In this document: piece after piece, positions 1-8,023 of the stretch | Layout: each line of letters starts with the position of its first letter | Position numbering within the stretch: position 1 is the first letter of the stretch | NCBI GenBank assembly: GCA_964429095.1 | Contig: CAYSBM010000004.1 | Location: 1 to 27,482, forward strand | Origin: an uncultured Solibacteraceae bacterium | GTDB taxonomy: Bacteria; Acidobacteriota; Terriglobia; Bryobacterales; Bryobacteraceae | DNA: 27,482 nt | Reading direction: 5' to 3' | Position numbers and translations under genes: made by a program | Notes under the pieces: generated by a model | What the model was told of the DNA's origin: nothing | Databases searched by the model: none | Seen by the model: the letters and a program-made list of their open reading frames with translations, nothing else

Positions 1-2504
1 TCCAGCAAACGCCGGAAGAGGCTTTTCTTGGGCGGCGCAGGCGTTTGGGCCGGAATGGACGCACTCGCCTGGGGCTGCGCAACCGGCCTCCGTGGCGGGG
101 CTGACGAACGGGGTGGCGTAACCGCCGCGGCTGTTTCGATACCGGGGGAAACAGGCGGAGCGGCATCCCATCCGGCGACCAGCGTCGAGCTATCGCGTCC
201 GCCGCCATGCAGCCGGCAGACCTCGACCGGTTGTGTGCCAGCGATGAAGACCTCAGGGCGCGCTCCGGGACAGGAGGGTGACGCCAATTGCCCGGTGGCC
301 GGATCCACCTGCACGCTCACCACGCCGTCGGGGGCGGCAAACTCCCGCACGCCCCGGTATTCGCGGTATTGGTGCGCACGCTTCATAAACTCCGTCCAAA
401 TGGGCAAAGCCGAATGCGCACCCTCCAGATTTAATTCCCGGTTATCGTCGAAGCCTACCCATACCACGCAAATTAACTTGGTCGTGAACCCGGCAAACCA
501 ACCATCATGGGAGGTGCCCGTCTTGCCCGCTGCGGGAAGGGTGAAGCCACGGGCGCGCACACCCGCTCCGGTCCCCGTGCGCAGGACTTCCTCCATCAGA
601 TTGACCATCATGTAGGCCACGCGCGGATCGAGAGCTGGACGGCTCTCGGGCCTAACCGTGAAGATGGTCTTCCCTTTCTCGTCGCGGATGAGCTTAACCC
701 AGCTCGGCTTGAGGTAGACGCCACGGTTCGGAAAGATTGTGTAGGCGCCGGCGATTTCCAGCGGAGTTACTTCATAAGCCCCCAGCGCCACGGCCGGCGT
801 CGGTTGGATTTGCAAGTTCATTCCCGCGTTGCGCGCCAGCTCCACCACCGCCTCGTAGCCGACCTGCTCGGCAATCCTGACGGTAGGAACGTTCAGCGAT
901 TTGGCGATCGCCTGGCGGAGCGTAACCGTGCCGTGATACTCATTCTTGAAGTTCGCTGGTTCGTATGGCTTGCCGTCGTACCAGAACGTGGTGGGCTCGT
1001 CGGCAATCGTGGTGAGAGGAGTGAAGACTCTGGAGGAGCCTTCCAGTGCTGTATTCAAGGCGGCCGCGTAGACAAACGGCTTAAACGAACTGCCTGGCTG
1101 GCGCTTGGCCAGAGCGCGGTTCAGTTGGCTGACCCCGTAGTTGCGGCCTCCTACCAGCGCCTTCACCTCACCGGTTTCGGCATCCAGGGCCACCAGCGCC
1201 ACCTGGGGATCGGGGATCGGCTGCTGGCTGCGCTTGCGCCGCCGGTTGATGGCCTCGTCGACTTCCTTCAGCCCGATTTGTACAGCGGCGGCCGCCTCGC
1301 GTTGCAGATTCATGTCCAAGGTAGTGTAAACGCGGTAGGAATGCGCCTGAAAGTCGTGATCCTGGAATTCTTCCTGGAGACTCTCGTTCACCAGGTCTAC
1401 AAAATAGGGTGCGTCAGTGGATACTATGCCCCCGGGGGCCAGGCTAAGCGGCGAGGCCGCCGCCTCTTGGTATTCCTTCTCGGTGATGAAGCCGTTGTCC
1501 CGCATCAAACCGAGCACAATGTTGCGGCGCGCCCGCGCCCGTTCGGGCCAGCGGATGGGGTTGGTATAGCTAGGGCGTTGAATCAAGCCCGCCAGCAGGG
1601 CGGCCTCGGGCAGAGTGAGGTCCTTAAGGTCTTTACCGAAGTAAGCGCGGGCGGCCTGTCCGAATCCGCAAATATCAAAGCTGCCGCGCCGGCCGAGGTT
1701 AACCTGATTGACGTAGTACTCAAAGATTTGTTCCTTGGTGAGTTTGGCTTCCAGATGCATGGTGACCAGCGCTTCGGCGGCCTTGCGCCGCCAGGTCTTT
1801 TCCTGGCTGAGCACCAAGCCACGCGCTAGTTGCATGCTCAAGGTGGAAGCGCCGTAACGGCGGCCACGCTCGATGTCGGTGTAAACGGTCTTGATGATGC
1901 GTATGGGATCGAATCCGGCGTGAATGAAGAACCGCTTATCCTCGGCTGAAATGATGGCGTTCACCAGAACTCTTGGAATATCCTCAAAACGCACCAGGCG
2001 GCGCTTCTCGCGGTTCCTGTCGGACAGATTGGTGATCAGTTCCGGCTCCAGCAGATACTGGGTCCGCTCGGTGTTATCGCGCAGCGAAATGATTTGCGCC
2101 ACGCGGGAACCGTTGAATTTGATGACGCCGGCTTCCTGCTCAAAATAGGAGTCCGGACCGGGAAATATCTCAATGCCGTCCGGGCGCAAGTGATACCACC
2201 CCAAGCGGTTGTCGCGCGCTTCTGTATATCCGCTGGCGCGCAACTGCGCGGCGACCTCACCGGCCGACAACTGGTCGCCTACGGTGACCACGCGTGGCGC
2301 GGCGAAGATCATCGATGTCGAAATGAAAGGACCGCGCCGGAGTTTTTCGTCGATCAGCCGGGCATACTTCATGTAGAGCCAGACGGCGCTGAGCGAGGCT
2401 AGGGTCACGGCGCAGACCCCGGCTATCAACAGGAACTTGCCTACTGGGTTCCACAACAGCCGCACCAGGAACGTCTTCTGAGGAGCTTTAGAACGTGCAG
2501 GCAC
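1..2504 (-). CDS. mrcB: Class A penicillin-binding protein (bifunctional transglycosylase/transpeptidase, PBP1B-like); 3' end runs off the window (at least 834 codons)
   Basis: Read by hand; not in the ORF track because no stop codon lies in the window. GTG at 2504 follows AGGAAGG and gives MPARSKAPQKTFLVRLLWNPVGKFLLIAGVCAVTLASLSAVWLY (one TM anchor). Transglycosylase motifs ISAEDKRFF (~1930-1955) and GASTLSMQL (~1828-1852). Transpeptidase motifs QPGSSFKP (SxxK, ~1080-1100), KSLN (SxN, ~892-903) and AGKTGT (KTG, ~515-532). The segment between the TM and the GT domain resembles the PBP1B UB2H region, so the 1B versus 1A label is less certain than the family. Confidence 0.93.
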   Translation of the reverse strand, partial: MPARSKAPQKTFLVRLLWNPVGKFLLIAGVCAVTLASLSAVWLYMKYARLIDEKLRRGPFISTSMIFAAPRVVTVGDQLSAGEVAAQLRASGYTEARDNRLGWYHLRPDGIEIFPGPDSYFEQEAGVIKFNGSRVAQIISLRDNTERTQYLLEPELITNLSDRNREKRRLVRFEDIPRVLVNAIISAEDKRFFIHAGFDPIRIIKTVYTDIERGRRYGASTLSMQLARGLVLSQEKTWRRKAAEALVTMHLEAKLTKEQIFEYYVNQVNLGRRGSFDICGFGQAARAYFGKDLKDLTLPEAALLAGLIQRPSYTNPIRWPERARARRNIVLGLMRDNGFITEKEYQEAAASPLSLAPGGIVSTDAPYFVDLVNESLQEEFQDHDFQAHSYRVYTTLDMNLQREAAAAVQIGLKEVDEAINRRRKRSQQPIPDPQVALVALDAETGEVKALVGGRNYGVSQLNRALAKRQPGSSFKPFVYAAALNTALEGSSRVFTPLTTIADEPTTFWYDGKPYEPANFKNEYHGTVTLRQAIAKSLNVPTVRIAEQVGYEAVVELARNAGMNLQIQPTPAVALGAYEVTPLEIAGAYTIFPNRGVYLKPSWVKLIRDEKGKTIFTVRPESRPALDPRVAYMMVNLMEEVLRTGTGAGVRARGFTLPAAGKTGTSHDGWFAGFTTKLICVVWVGFDDNRELNLEGAHSALPIWTEFMKRAHQYREYRGVREFAAPDGVVSVQVDPATGQLASPSCPGARPEVFIAGTQPVEVCRLHGGGRDSSTLVAGWDAAPPVSPGIETAAAVTPPRSSAPPRRPVAQPQASASIPAQTPAPPKKSLFRRLL

Positions 2505-2589
2505 GAACGCCTTCCTGATTGTATTTTCGCATGAACCGCATGCCGTTATGTTGAAATGAAAGCTGGACCGCGACGGGATGGAAGAATAA

Positions 2590-3522
2590 ATGAAGCGCAG
2601 AAGATTGGGCCGCACGGGTCTGATGGTGTCGGAAATTTCCCTCGGCACGGTGGAACTGGGTCTGGACTATGGCATCGACGCAGCGAGCGGCGGCGCGCGG
2701 CCCGAGGAAGCCACCGCCGCCGCCGTGCTCGACCGCGCGTTGGATGCCGGTATCAATTACATCGACACGGCGCGAGCTTACGGCACGAGCGAGGAGATCA
2801 TCGGCCGTGCGCTGAAGGCCCGGCGCAGCGAATACATTCTGGCCTCGAAGGTTTCCTCCTTCTCAAAGGAAAGGCTGTCTGCCCATCAGTTGCGCCGGCG
2901 CGTGGAGGCCTCGATTGAAGCGAGCCTGCGCGCCTTGCGCACGGCCACCATCGATATCATGATGGTGCATGCGGCGCCCGGCGACCGGCTCGATGCCGGC
3001 CCGGTGTGGGAAGCGCTCCAGAAAAAACGCGAAGCCGGTGACATACGCTTTCTGGGGGCCAGCGTGTACGGCGAGCAGGCGGCGCTGGAAGCCCTTGCCA
3101 CCGGCTACGACTGCTTGCAAATCGCCTATAACCTGCTCGACCGCGGGCCTGAAGATCGGGTGCTGCCCGAAGCTGTCGCCTGCGACGCCGGCGTCGTGGC
3201 GCGCAGCGTACTGCTCAAATGCGCCCTCACGCACCGCTACCGATATCTGCCCGCCGCCATGGAGCCGCTCAAACGCGCCGTGGAACAGGTGCTAGAAGCA
3301 TCGGGAAGCTCGGTGGACCGCCTGCCCGAAATAGCCTACCGCTATGTGCTGGCGCACCCCGGCGTGGCCTCCGCGCTGGTGGGCACCTCCAGCCTGAGGG
3401 AATTGGAAGATGTCATCGGCTACGCATGCAACGGCCCTCTCGGCGCAGAACTTCTCCAGCGCCTCCGCCTTGTTTACGTGAGCGAGCAGCGCTGGATCAA
3501 CCCGGCCTATTGGCCGATCTAG
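2590..3522 (+). CDS. Aldo/keto reductase family oxidoreductase
   Basis: N-terminus RRLGRTGLMVSEISLGT; tetrad residues in YIDTARAYG (D, Y), LASK (K) and MMVH (H); LQIAYNLLDR and ALVGTSS motifs. Substrate unknown. Confidence 0.93.
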   Translation: MKRRRLGRTGLMVSEISLGTVELGLDYGIDAASGGARPEEATAAAVLDRALDAGINYIDTARAYGTSEEIIGRALKARRSEYILASKVSSFSKERLSAHQLRRRVEASIEASLRALRTATIDIMMVHAAPGDRLDAGPVWEALQKKREAGDIRFLGASVYGEQAALEALATGYDCLQIAYNLLDRGPEDRVLPEAVACDAGVVARSVLLKCALTHRYRYLPAAMEPLKRAVEQVLEASGSSVDRLPEIAYRYVLAHPGVASALVGTSSLRELEDVIGYACNGPLGAELLQRLRLVYVSEQRWINPAYWPI

Positions 3523-3532
3523 GAGGCTCCAT

Positions 3533-4441
3533 TTGCGATACCATCAGACGATTCTTGTAAGTTGCGAAATTCCGTGGGACGAAAATCAACAATTGCTTGA
3601 AGAGGTTTTCCGCACAGAAATCCGCTTCCTGCTGAAACAGGGCTTCTCTGACCTTTATATTTTCGGCACCGCCGGCGAAGGCTACGCCGTGGATATGGCG
3701 CGTTACCGGGATGTTCTCGCAGTGTTCCGGGATGAGGCTCTGAAGCCCGGCATCTTTCCGCAAGTGGGCGTTATAGGTTTATCGACCGCCGCCGTCATTG
3801 AGCGGCTTGCCCTGGCCCACGATGTTGGCTTCCGGGTGTTTCAGGTCTCGTTGCCTTCCTGGGGTCCGCTAAACGATGCCGAGTTGCTCAGGTTCTTCCG
3901 GGACGTCTGCGGGACGTTTTCGGACTCCCGTTTTCTGCACTACAATCTGGCCCGCGCCAAACGCCTGCTCACAGCAGAGGATTACCGGCGCATCGCCGAC
4001 GAGGTGCCGAACCTGGTAGCCACCAAGAATACGCGCCTGACCATCCCGCAGACCGCCCAACTTGTCAGGAGCACTCCCGAGTTGCAGCATTTCCTCAGCG
4101 AATACATGTTCCCGTTCGGCTGCCTGCAAGGGGAATGTTCCATGTTGAGTTCACTCGGCCCCATGTTGCCGGTCCGGACGCGGGAGTTGTTTGACTACGG
4201 CCGCAGCGGCCAGGTGGACCAGTTGTTCCGCCTGCACGCGATCTACGTCCGCGTGGCAGAGGCGATTCTGGCGCCTCTGCTCGGCCGCGAAATGATGGAC
4301 GGCGCCTATGACAAGGTTCTGAAGCGCCTGGCCGGCGTGCCCATGCCACTCAGTTTGCTCTCACCCTATGAGGGTTTCACTGAAGAGGACTATCAGGCCT
4401 GCCGCCGCATTCTGGAGTCCTATCGCGAGTGGGCGGCCTAG
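3533..4441 (+). CDS. Dihydrodipicolinate synthase (DHDPS/NAL) family class I aldolase, probably not DapA
   Basis: AGGAGG precedes the TTG start, 10 nt after the AKR stop. YIFGTAGEG corresponds to GTTGE; HYN (catalytic Tyr equivalent) and ATKNT (Schiff-base Lys equivalent) are present. Confidence 0.85.
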   Translation: MRYHQTILVSCEIPWDENQQLLEEVFRTEIRFLLKQGFSDLYIFGTAGEGYAVDMARYRDVLAVFRDEALKPGIFPQVGVIGLSTAAVIERLALAHDVGFRVFQVSLPSWGPLNDAELLRFFRDVCGTFSDSRFLHYNLARAKRLLTAEDYRRIADEVPNLVATKNTRLTIPQTAQLVRSTPELQHFLSEYMFPFGCLQGECSMLSSLGPMLPVRTRELFDYGRSGQVDQLFRLHAIYVRVAEAILAPLLGREMMDGAYDKVLKRLAGVPMPLSLLSPYEGFTEEDYQACRRILESYREWAA

Positions 4442-4477
4442 CGGCGTTCTTGCCGGCAGCTTGGCCGGAAGCCGGAG

Positions 4478-5398
4478 CTAAGCCACGGCGTCAAGCGGGT
4501 TTTGAAACAGGCCGGTCTGCACGGGCGCATCGGGGCAGAACCCGGCCAACCGGTCCGGATATAGCGCCGCCAAGCGCGCGGGCGCGGGCGCGGAGGAGCC
4601 GCCGGATATGCGCTTCAGTTCCAGCGCGTTCACCAGGCTGGCTCCGTGCGTGTGGTTGGTGAACACCACAAAAGTGGCCGCCGAAAATGCGCTGATGCGT
4701 TCCCAACGCGGTTTCCATTCTTCAAACTCGCCAGCGCCGTACAAATAGGGCGCCTCGCGCCGCCCTGACTCAGAGCTCTCGAACTCTTCCCGCCAGTAAA
4801 GCGGGTTGCGGCCGTGCATCCGCACATATCCGACCGGCGAGGTCAAGTAAGCAGTAGGCGGCATGGATCGCGCATGTGGAGGAAGATCCACATTGACAAA
4901 GCCCACGCGGTAGTCAATTAGAGTGCCCAAAGCCTCTTCCCACAGCCAACTGGCGTGCCGCATTTCAGCCACGAGCGGAAATTCGTGAAAGGCGCGGCGC
5001 AAGGTAATCAGAAACTCGCGGTTCTCAGCGGTGAAGCGAAACGACCAGGGAAACTCCATCACCAGGCATCCGAGCCGTTTGGCCCGGTATAAGGGCCATA
5101 GCCCATCTTTGAAAGCCGCCACCGAAGCCTTGTCCAGATCGCGGTCGTACGTGAAGCGGCGGCCCAGCAATACGGTAAATTGAAAGCGTGGGTTGTGCTC
5201 CACTTTGCTTAACCACAACCGTACCAGTTCGGCGCGCAGCGGACGGTCCCGGCTGGCATCGATTTCGACTGCGTCCAAGAAGCGGGCCAGATATTCCAAT
5301 CGATGAAAACCGCGCCGTGGCGGGAATGGGTAGACGGCATCGTCCCAATGCGGGTGACTCCAGCCAGAAACCGCAGACATCAGCCTATCGGTGGACAT
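4478..5398 (-). CDS. DUF72 domain-containing protein (divergent)
   Basis: DUF72-type motifs SGW, VEI, EFPWSF, AEMRHASW, VDLP, YVRMHGRN, YLY and FTNH; RBS-like AAAGGA upstream of ATG 5398. Confidence 0.88.
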   Translation of the reverse strand: MSTDRLMSAVSGWSHPHWDDAVYPFPPRRGFHRLEYLARFLDAVEIDASRDRPLRAELVRLWLSKVEHNPRFQFTVLLGRRFTYDRDLDKASVAAFKDGLWPLYRAKRLGCLVMEFPWSFRFTAENREFLITLRRAFHEFPLVAEMRHASWLWEEALGTLIDYRVGFVNVDLPPHARSMPPTAYLTSPVGYVRMHGRNPLYWREEFESSESGRREAPYLYGAGEFEEWKPRWERISAFSAATFVVFTNHTHGASLVNALELKRISGGSSAPAPARLAALYPDRLAGFCPDAPVQTGLFQNPLDAVA

Positions 5399-5405
5399 GA
5401 GGTTC

Positions 5406-5468
5406 CTTTCGCTATTTCTTTGCTTTCATATAGTGTAAGAAGTTTCACTAGAGAAAGTCAAGCGAAAG
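5406..5468. promoter_or_regulatory. Candidate operator boxes flanking the DUF72 promoter
   Basis: Plus-strand TTCGCT (5408-5413) and TTTGCT (5419-5424) are direct repeats 11 bp apart over the predicted transcription start. An inverted copy, AGCGAAAG (5461-5468), abuts the -35 box. The regulator is unknown. Confidence 0.4.
5432..5461 (-). promoter_or_regulatory. Sigma70-type promoter of the DUF72 gene
   Basis: Minus-strand TTGACT (5456-5461), 18-bp spacer, TACACT (5432-5437), in the AT-rich gap 34 nt upstream of the ATG. Confidence 0.7.
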
Positions 5469-5479
5469 TAAACCGTCTT

Positions 5480-7912
5480 CTAATACCGCACTTGCGTCTT
5501 CCGCCCCTGGTGTTCCCCTCTGAGCCAAACGTAGAGCGGCGCATGAGGGGTAGGCGAAGGCCACGGCAGCGCGATCCGCAAGGTTTGCTGGCGGGCGTGG
5601 CCGGTGATGGGTTTCGGCAGCTCTTCTACTGGCGTCCCCGTCTGCGGGTTCCAACCTGTCTTTTCAATCACTTCCAGGTCCTCACCCCTAAGGATTCCGG
5701 CGTAGATGCCAGGGCGGATCATTTCGTCGGTGAGAGTGAAACTCTCAATACGCGGCAAACGCACGATGCGTCCCAGGCGGATGGAATCCGAGACACCCTC
5801 CGGCGCAGATTCGACCGCCGCCTCCAGTTCGCAACCCGGCTGCCCGGCGGCCGCAGGATCCACAGACAGAAATAACAGCCCCTGTCCGGCGGATTCCAAG
5901 CGAGCCGAGGCGTGTCTATCTCCCGCGTGTAAGGCGAGGGCCTGCCCGCCTGATAAGCAATGCAGATGGATGGCCGGCTCGCCGCCCAGGTTCTCAACCT
6001 GGATGGAAAAACTGGCCATCGACCCGGCCGGCAACTCCCCCTCTCTGACCAGAACACTGAACTCCTCCGCTAGGCTCGTCTGGATGCGAGTGATTCGCGG
6101 CCGGGGACCGAGAATCTGGAGCGCCCCGCTCAGAGAAAGCGGCTGCGGCACCCCCTCCACTTTCAGCGCGAGGTCCACTCGTTCACCCTTCGCCACGCCG
6201 CCACCGAGGCGCACCAGCGCGGTGCGCTCGCTGGCTGAACCGCCGGGTTGGAGCTCAAAGGTTGCGCGATCACAGTGAATGGATTCAATCCGGTCCAGAC
6301 CCGTGCCGCGGAGAACGGCGGTCTGCGAGGTCTCGCCCAAGTTCGCTCTCAAAGGGAGGTTGCCGATGTGCGGGTGGGGAGGAAGGATGCGCAGGGGCAC
6401 CCGCTGCGGCTTACCGTCTGATTGGGTAAGCAGCAGGTGATAGCCGCCGGCGGGGAGCTTGGAAGTGTCGATTTCGACTTCAACACTGTCTTGCGGACCG
6501 GCACGCTTGCCGCGTGGAAGCAGAAACACCACCGGTTGGGGCGCCGCGCGTGGATCGTCAACTTTCTGAATGGCGGCACTTTCCAAGAACTGGAAGTCCG
6601 TTCCTTGAAGCGTGGCGTGCACCGGGCCAGTCGCAGTTACTAGTTTGCCAGCGCTGGTCCCGGCCAGCTTCACAGAAGCATAGTCACCCAAAGGCGCAAC
6701 CCGTATTTCTCCCTGGACCACGAAGCTGTCCCAATCCCAATCGGCTTGGAGCTTGTATGTCCCAGCAGGCAGATCCACCTTGGAAAGATCTAGCGAAAGG
6801 CCCTGGCCAGCGATTACGACTACCGGCACGAGGTAACCTTTGCCATTTGCGGAAACCAACTGCCAGTTTCGTGCGCGGTTCAAGACTTTCCAAGTATTCG
6901 CTTCGGCGGCTTTCACCTCGATTTGAGATTCCAGACCCAGCGGTACCCAGGCAGGGCCCGTTAAGGTCAGCGACGGCCGGGGCGCGTTGGGCAGGCGAAG
7001 CGCCCAAAGATAAGCCAGGCGGGTGCGCGACTTGAAGGGTTCTCTCTTAGCGCAGAGTGTCAAGCCGCCAGCCGGCGTTTCCTGCACCAAGGCGGAACGG
7101 AAAGCCGTATCGGGAAACAGCATGGTGCGGAGGTTTTGAACCAGCATGGCGCCCCCAGCCGCCAGGCCAACCGTGTTGCCCAGAAACAACCCAGCGACCG
7201 AGGCGGCCAGACCGGCCGATTGTTGAAACCGCGCGCCTGTCTGCGGAGTAAGGGGGTCATAGGAGGTCAGCGCCGGATTCAACGCCCGCATCAGAGCCAG
7301 CGCTTGCTCGTTGGTAGGAGCGGTGCGGTCCAGTTTGGTCACAGAAGCGCCGGACTTAGCCGCGATGCCAGTGACGGCAGCATCCAAAGCCTTGGCTTTT
7401 GAAGGATCGTCCTCCCAAGCGGTGAGTGTCTCAATCAGGGATTCCACTTGCGCGGTCTGCTCGGCGTAGTCTGCCAGTTGCAGGACCAGTTCGCGGTCCT
7501 TTTTCACCAGCGAGGCGACTTTCTTGGTGTCCAGGCCTTGCGGCCCGAAAACCAAGGCGACGATGCTGGCGGCCTTGTTCACGTCCCATTCGCCGGGTTC
7601 GGAGGCTCGATGGCGGTCCAGCACCGTCAGGGCGAAACCAGCCTCGGAGGCGTCGTTTTCCTGCGCCAGCACGAGAGCGATCTCGGCCGACTTCTTGTAA
7701 TCAGCGGGCAACTGCCCCGGCCGGTAAATCAGCTTTTGGCCGGGCAGGACGGCATTCATCTGGCGGATGGGCCGCGCTGCCGAGCCTGTGCCTGGATCGA
7801 CCAGCAATTGGAAACTGCCCACCGGCAAGCTCGCCGGGCATCCTTTTGGCGCGGCGGCGAGCAACGGCGCCAGCAAGAGGGAGCAGCAAGAAGCGAATAT
7901 TGGCAATCGCAT
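5480..7912 (-). CDS. Large secreted hypothetical protein (810 aa) with a helical segment and repeated beta-rich (Ig/IPT-like) domains
   Basis: Long ORF in the track (5480..8005). I prefer the internal ATG at 7912 because it gives a signal peptide, MRLPIFASCCSLLLAPLLAAA; ATG 7945 is an alternative. No enzyme motif recognised. Confidence 0.8.
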   Translation of the reverse strand: MRLPIFASCCSLLLAPLLAAAPKGCPASLPVGSFQLLVDPGTGSAARPIRQMNAVLPGQKLIYRPGQLPADYKKSAEIALVLAQENDASEAGFALTVLDRHRASEPGEWDVNKAASIVALVFGPQGLDTKKVASLVKKDRELVLQLADYAEQTAQVESLIETLTAWEDDPSKAKALDAAVTGIAAKSGASVTKLDRTAPTNEQALALMRALNPALTSYDPLTPQTGARFQQSAGLAASVAGLFLGNTVGLAAGGAMLVQNLRTMLFPDTAFRSALVQETPAGGLTLCAKREPFKSRTRLAYLWALRLPNAPRPSLTLTGPAWVPLGLESQIEVKAAEANTWKVLNRARNWQLVSANGKGYLVPVVVIAGQGLSLDLSKVDLPAGTYKLQADWDWDSFVVQGEIRVAPLGDYASVKLAGTSAGKLVTATGPVHATLQGTDFQFLESAAIQKVDDPRAAPQPVVFLLPRGKRAGPQDSVEVEIDTSKLPAGGYHLLLTQSDGKPQRVPLRILPPHPHIGNLPLRANLGETSQTAVLRGTGLDRIESIHCDRATFELQPGGSASERTALVRLGGGVAKGERVDLALKVEGVPQPLSLSGALQILGPRPRITRIQTSLAEEFSVLVREGELPAGSMASFSIQVENLGGEPAIHLHCLSGGQALALHAGDRHASARLESAGQGLLFLSVDPAAAGQPGCELEAAVESAPEGVSDSIRLGRIVRLPRIESFTLTDEMIRPGIYAGILRGEDLEVIEKTGWNPQTGTPVEELPKPITGHARQQTLRIALPWPSPTPHAPLYVWLRGEHQGRKTQVRY

Positions 7913-8008
7913 GTTTGGAAACGGGGCTCTGAAGCAGACACTCATTCTCCCTTTGATGATGACGCAACTCACGGCGAAAAGGACGGAGCGGCCGCAGTGC
8001 TGCACAGA

Positions 8009-8017
8009 TGTTAAACT
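8009..8017 (+). promoter_or_regulatory. Extended -10 promoter, probably giving a leaderless mRNA for the sulfatase maturase
   Basis: TG-T-TAAACT at 8009-8017, then 6 nt, then the GTG start at 8024. Confidence 0.55.
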
Positions 8018-8023
8018 GACGGT

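Noticed and set aside
507-1829. 440-aa plus-strand ORF, and others at 28..615 and 2094..2402
   Set aside because: Antisense shadows of the PBP gene, which carries all the expected motifs on the minus strand; long shadow ORFs are common in GC-rich DNA.
2528-2543. GCATG-N5-CATGC inverted repeat in the PBP/AKR divergent gap
   Set aside because: The 5-bp arms are too short to support as an operator without comparative data.
4453-4468. Hairpin CCGGC-N6-GCCGG between the convergent aldolase and DUF72 genes as a terminator
   Set aside because: Only a 5-bp stem with no U-tract on either side; expected by chance at this GC content.
7883-7912. Lipoprotein signal (FASC) in the 810-aa protein
   Set aside because: The Cys comes before the hydrophobic region; signal peptidase I cleavage near LLAAA fits better.
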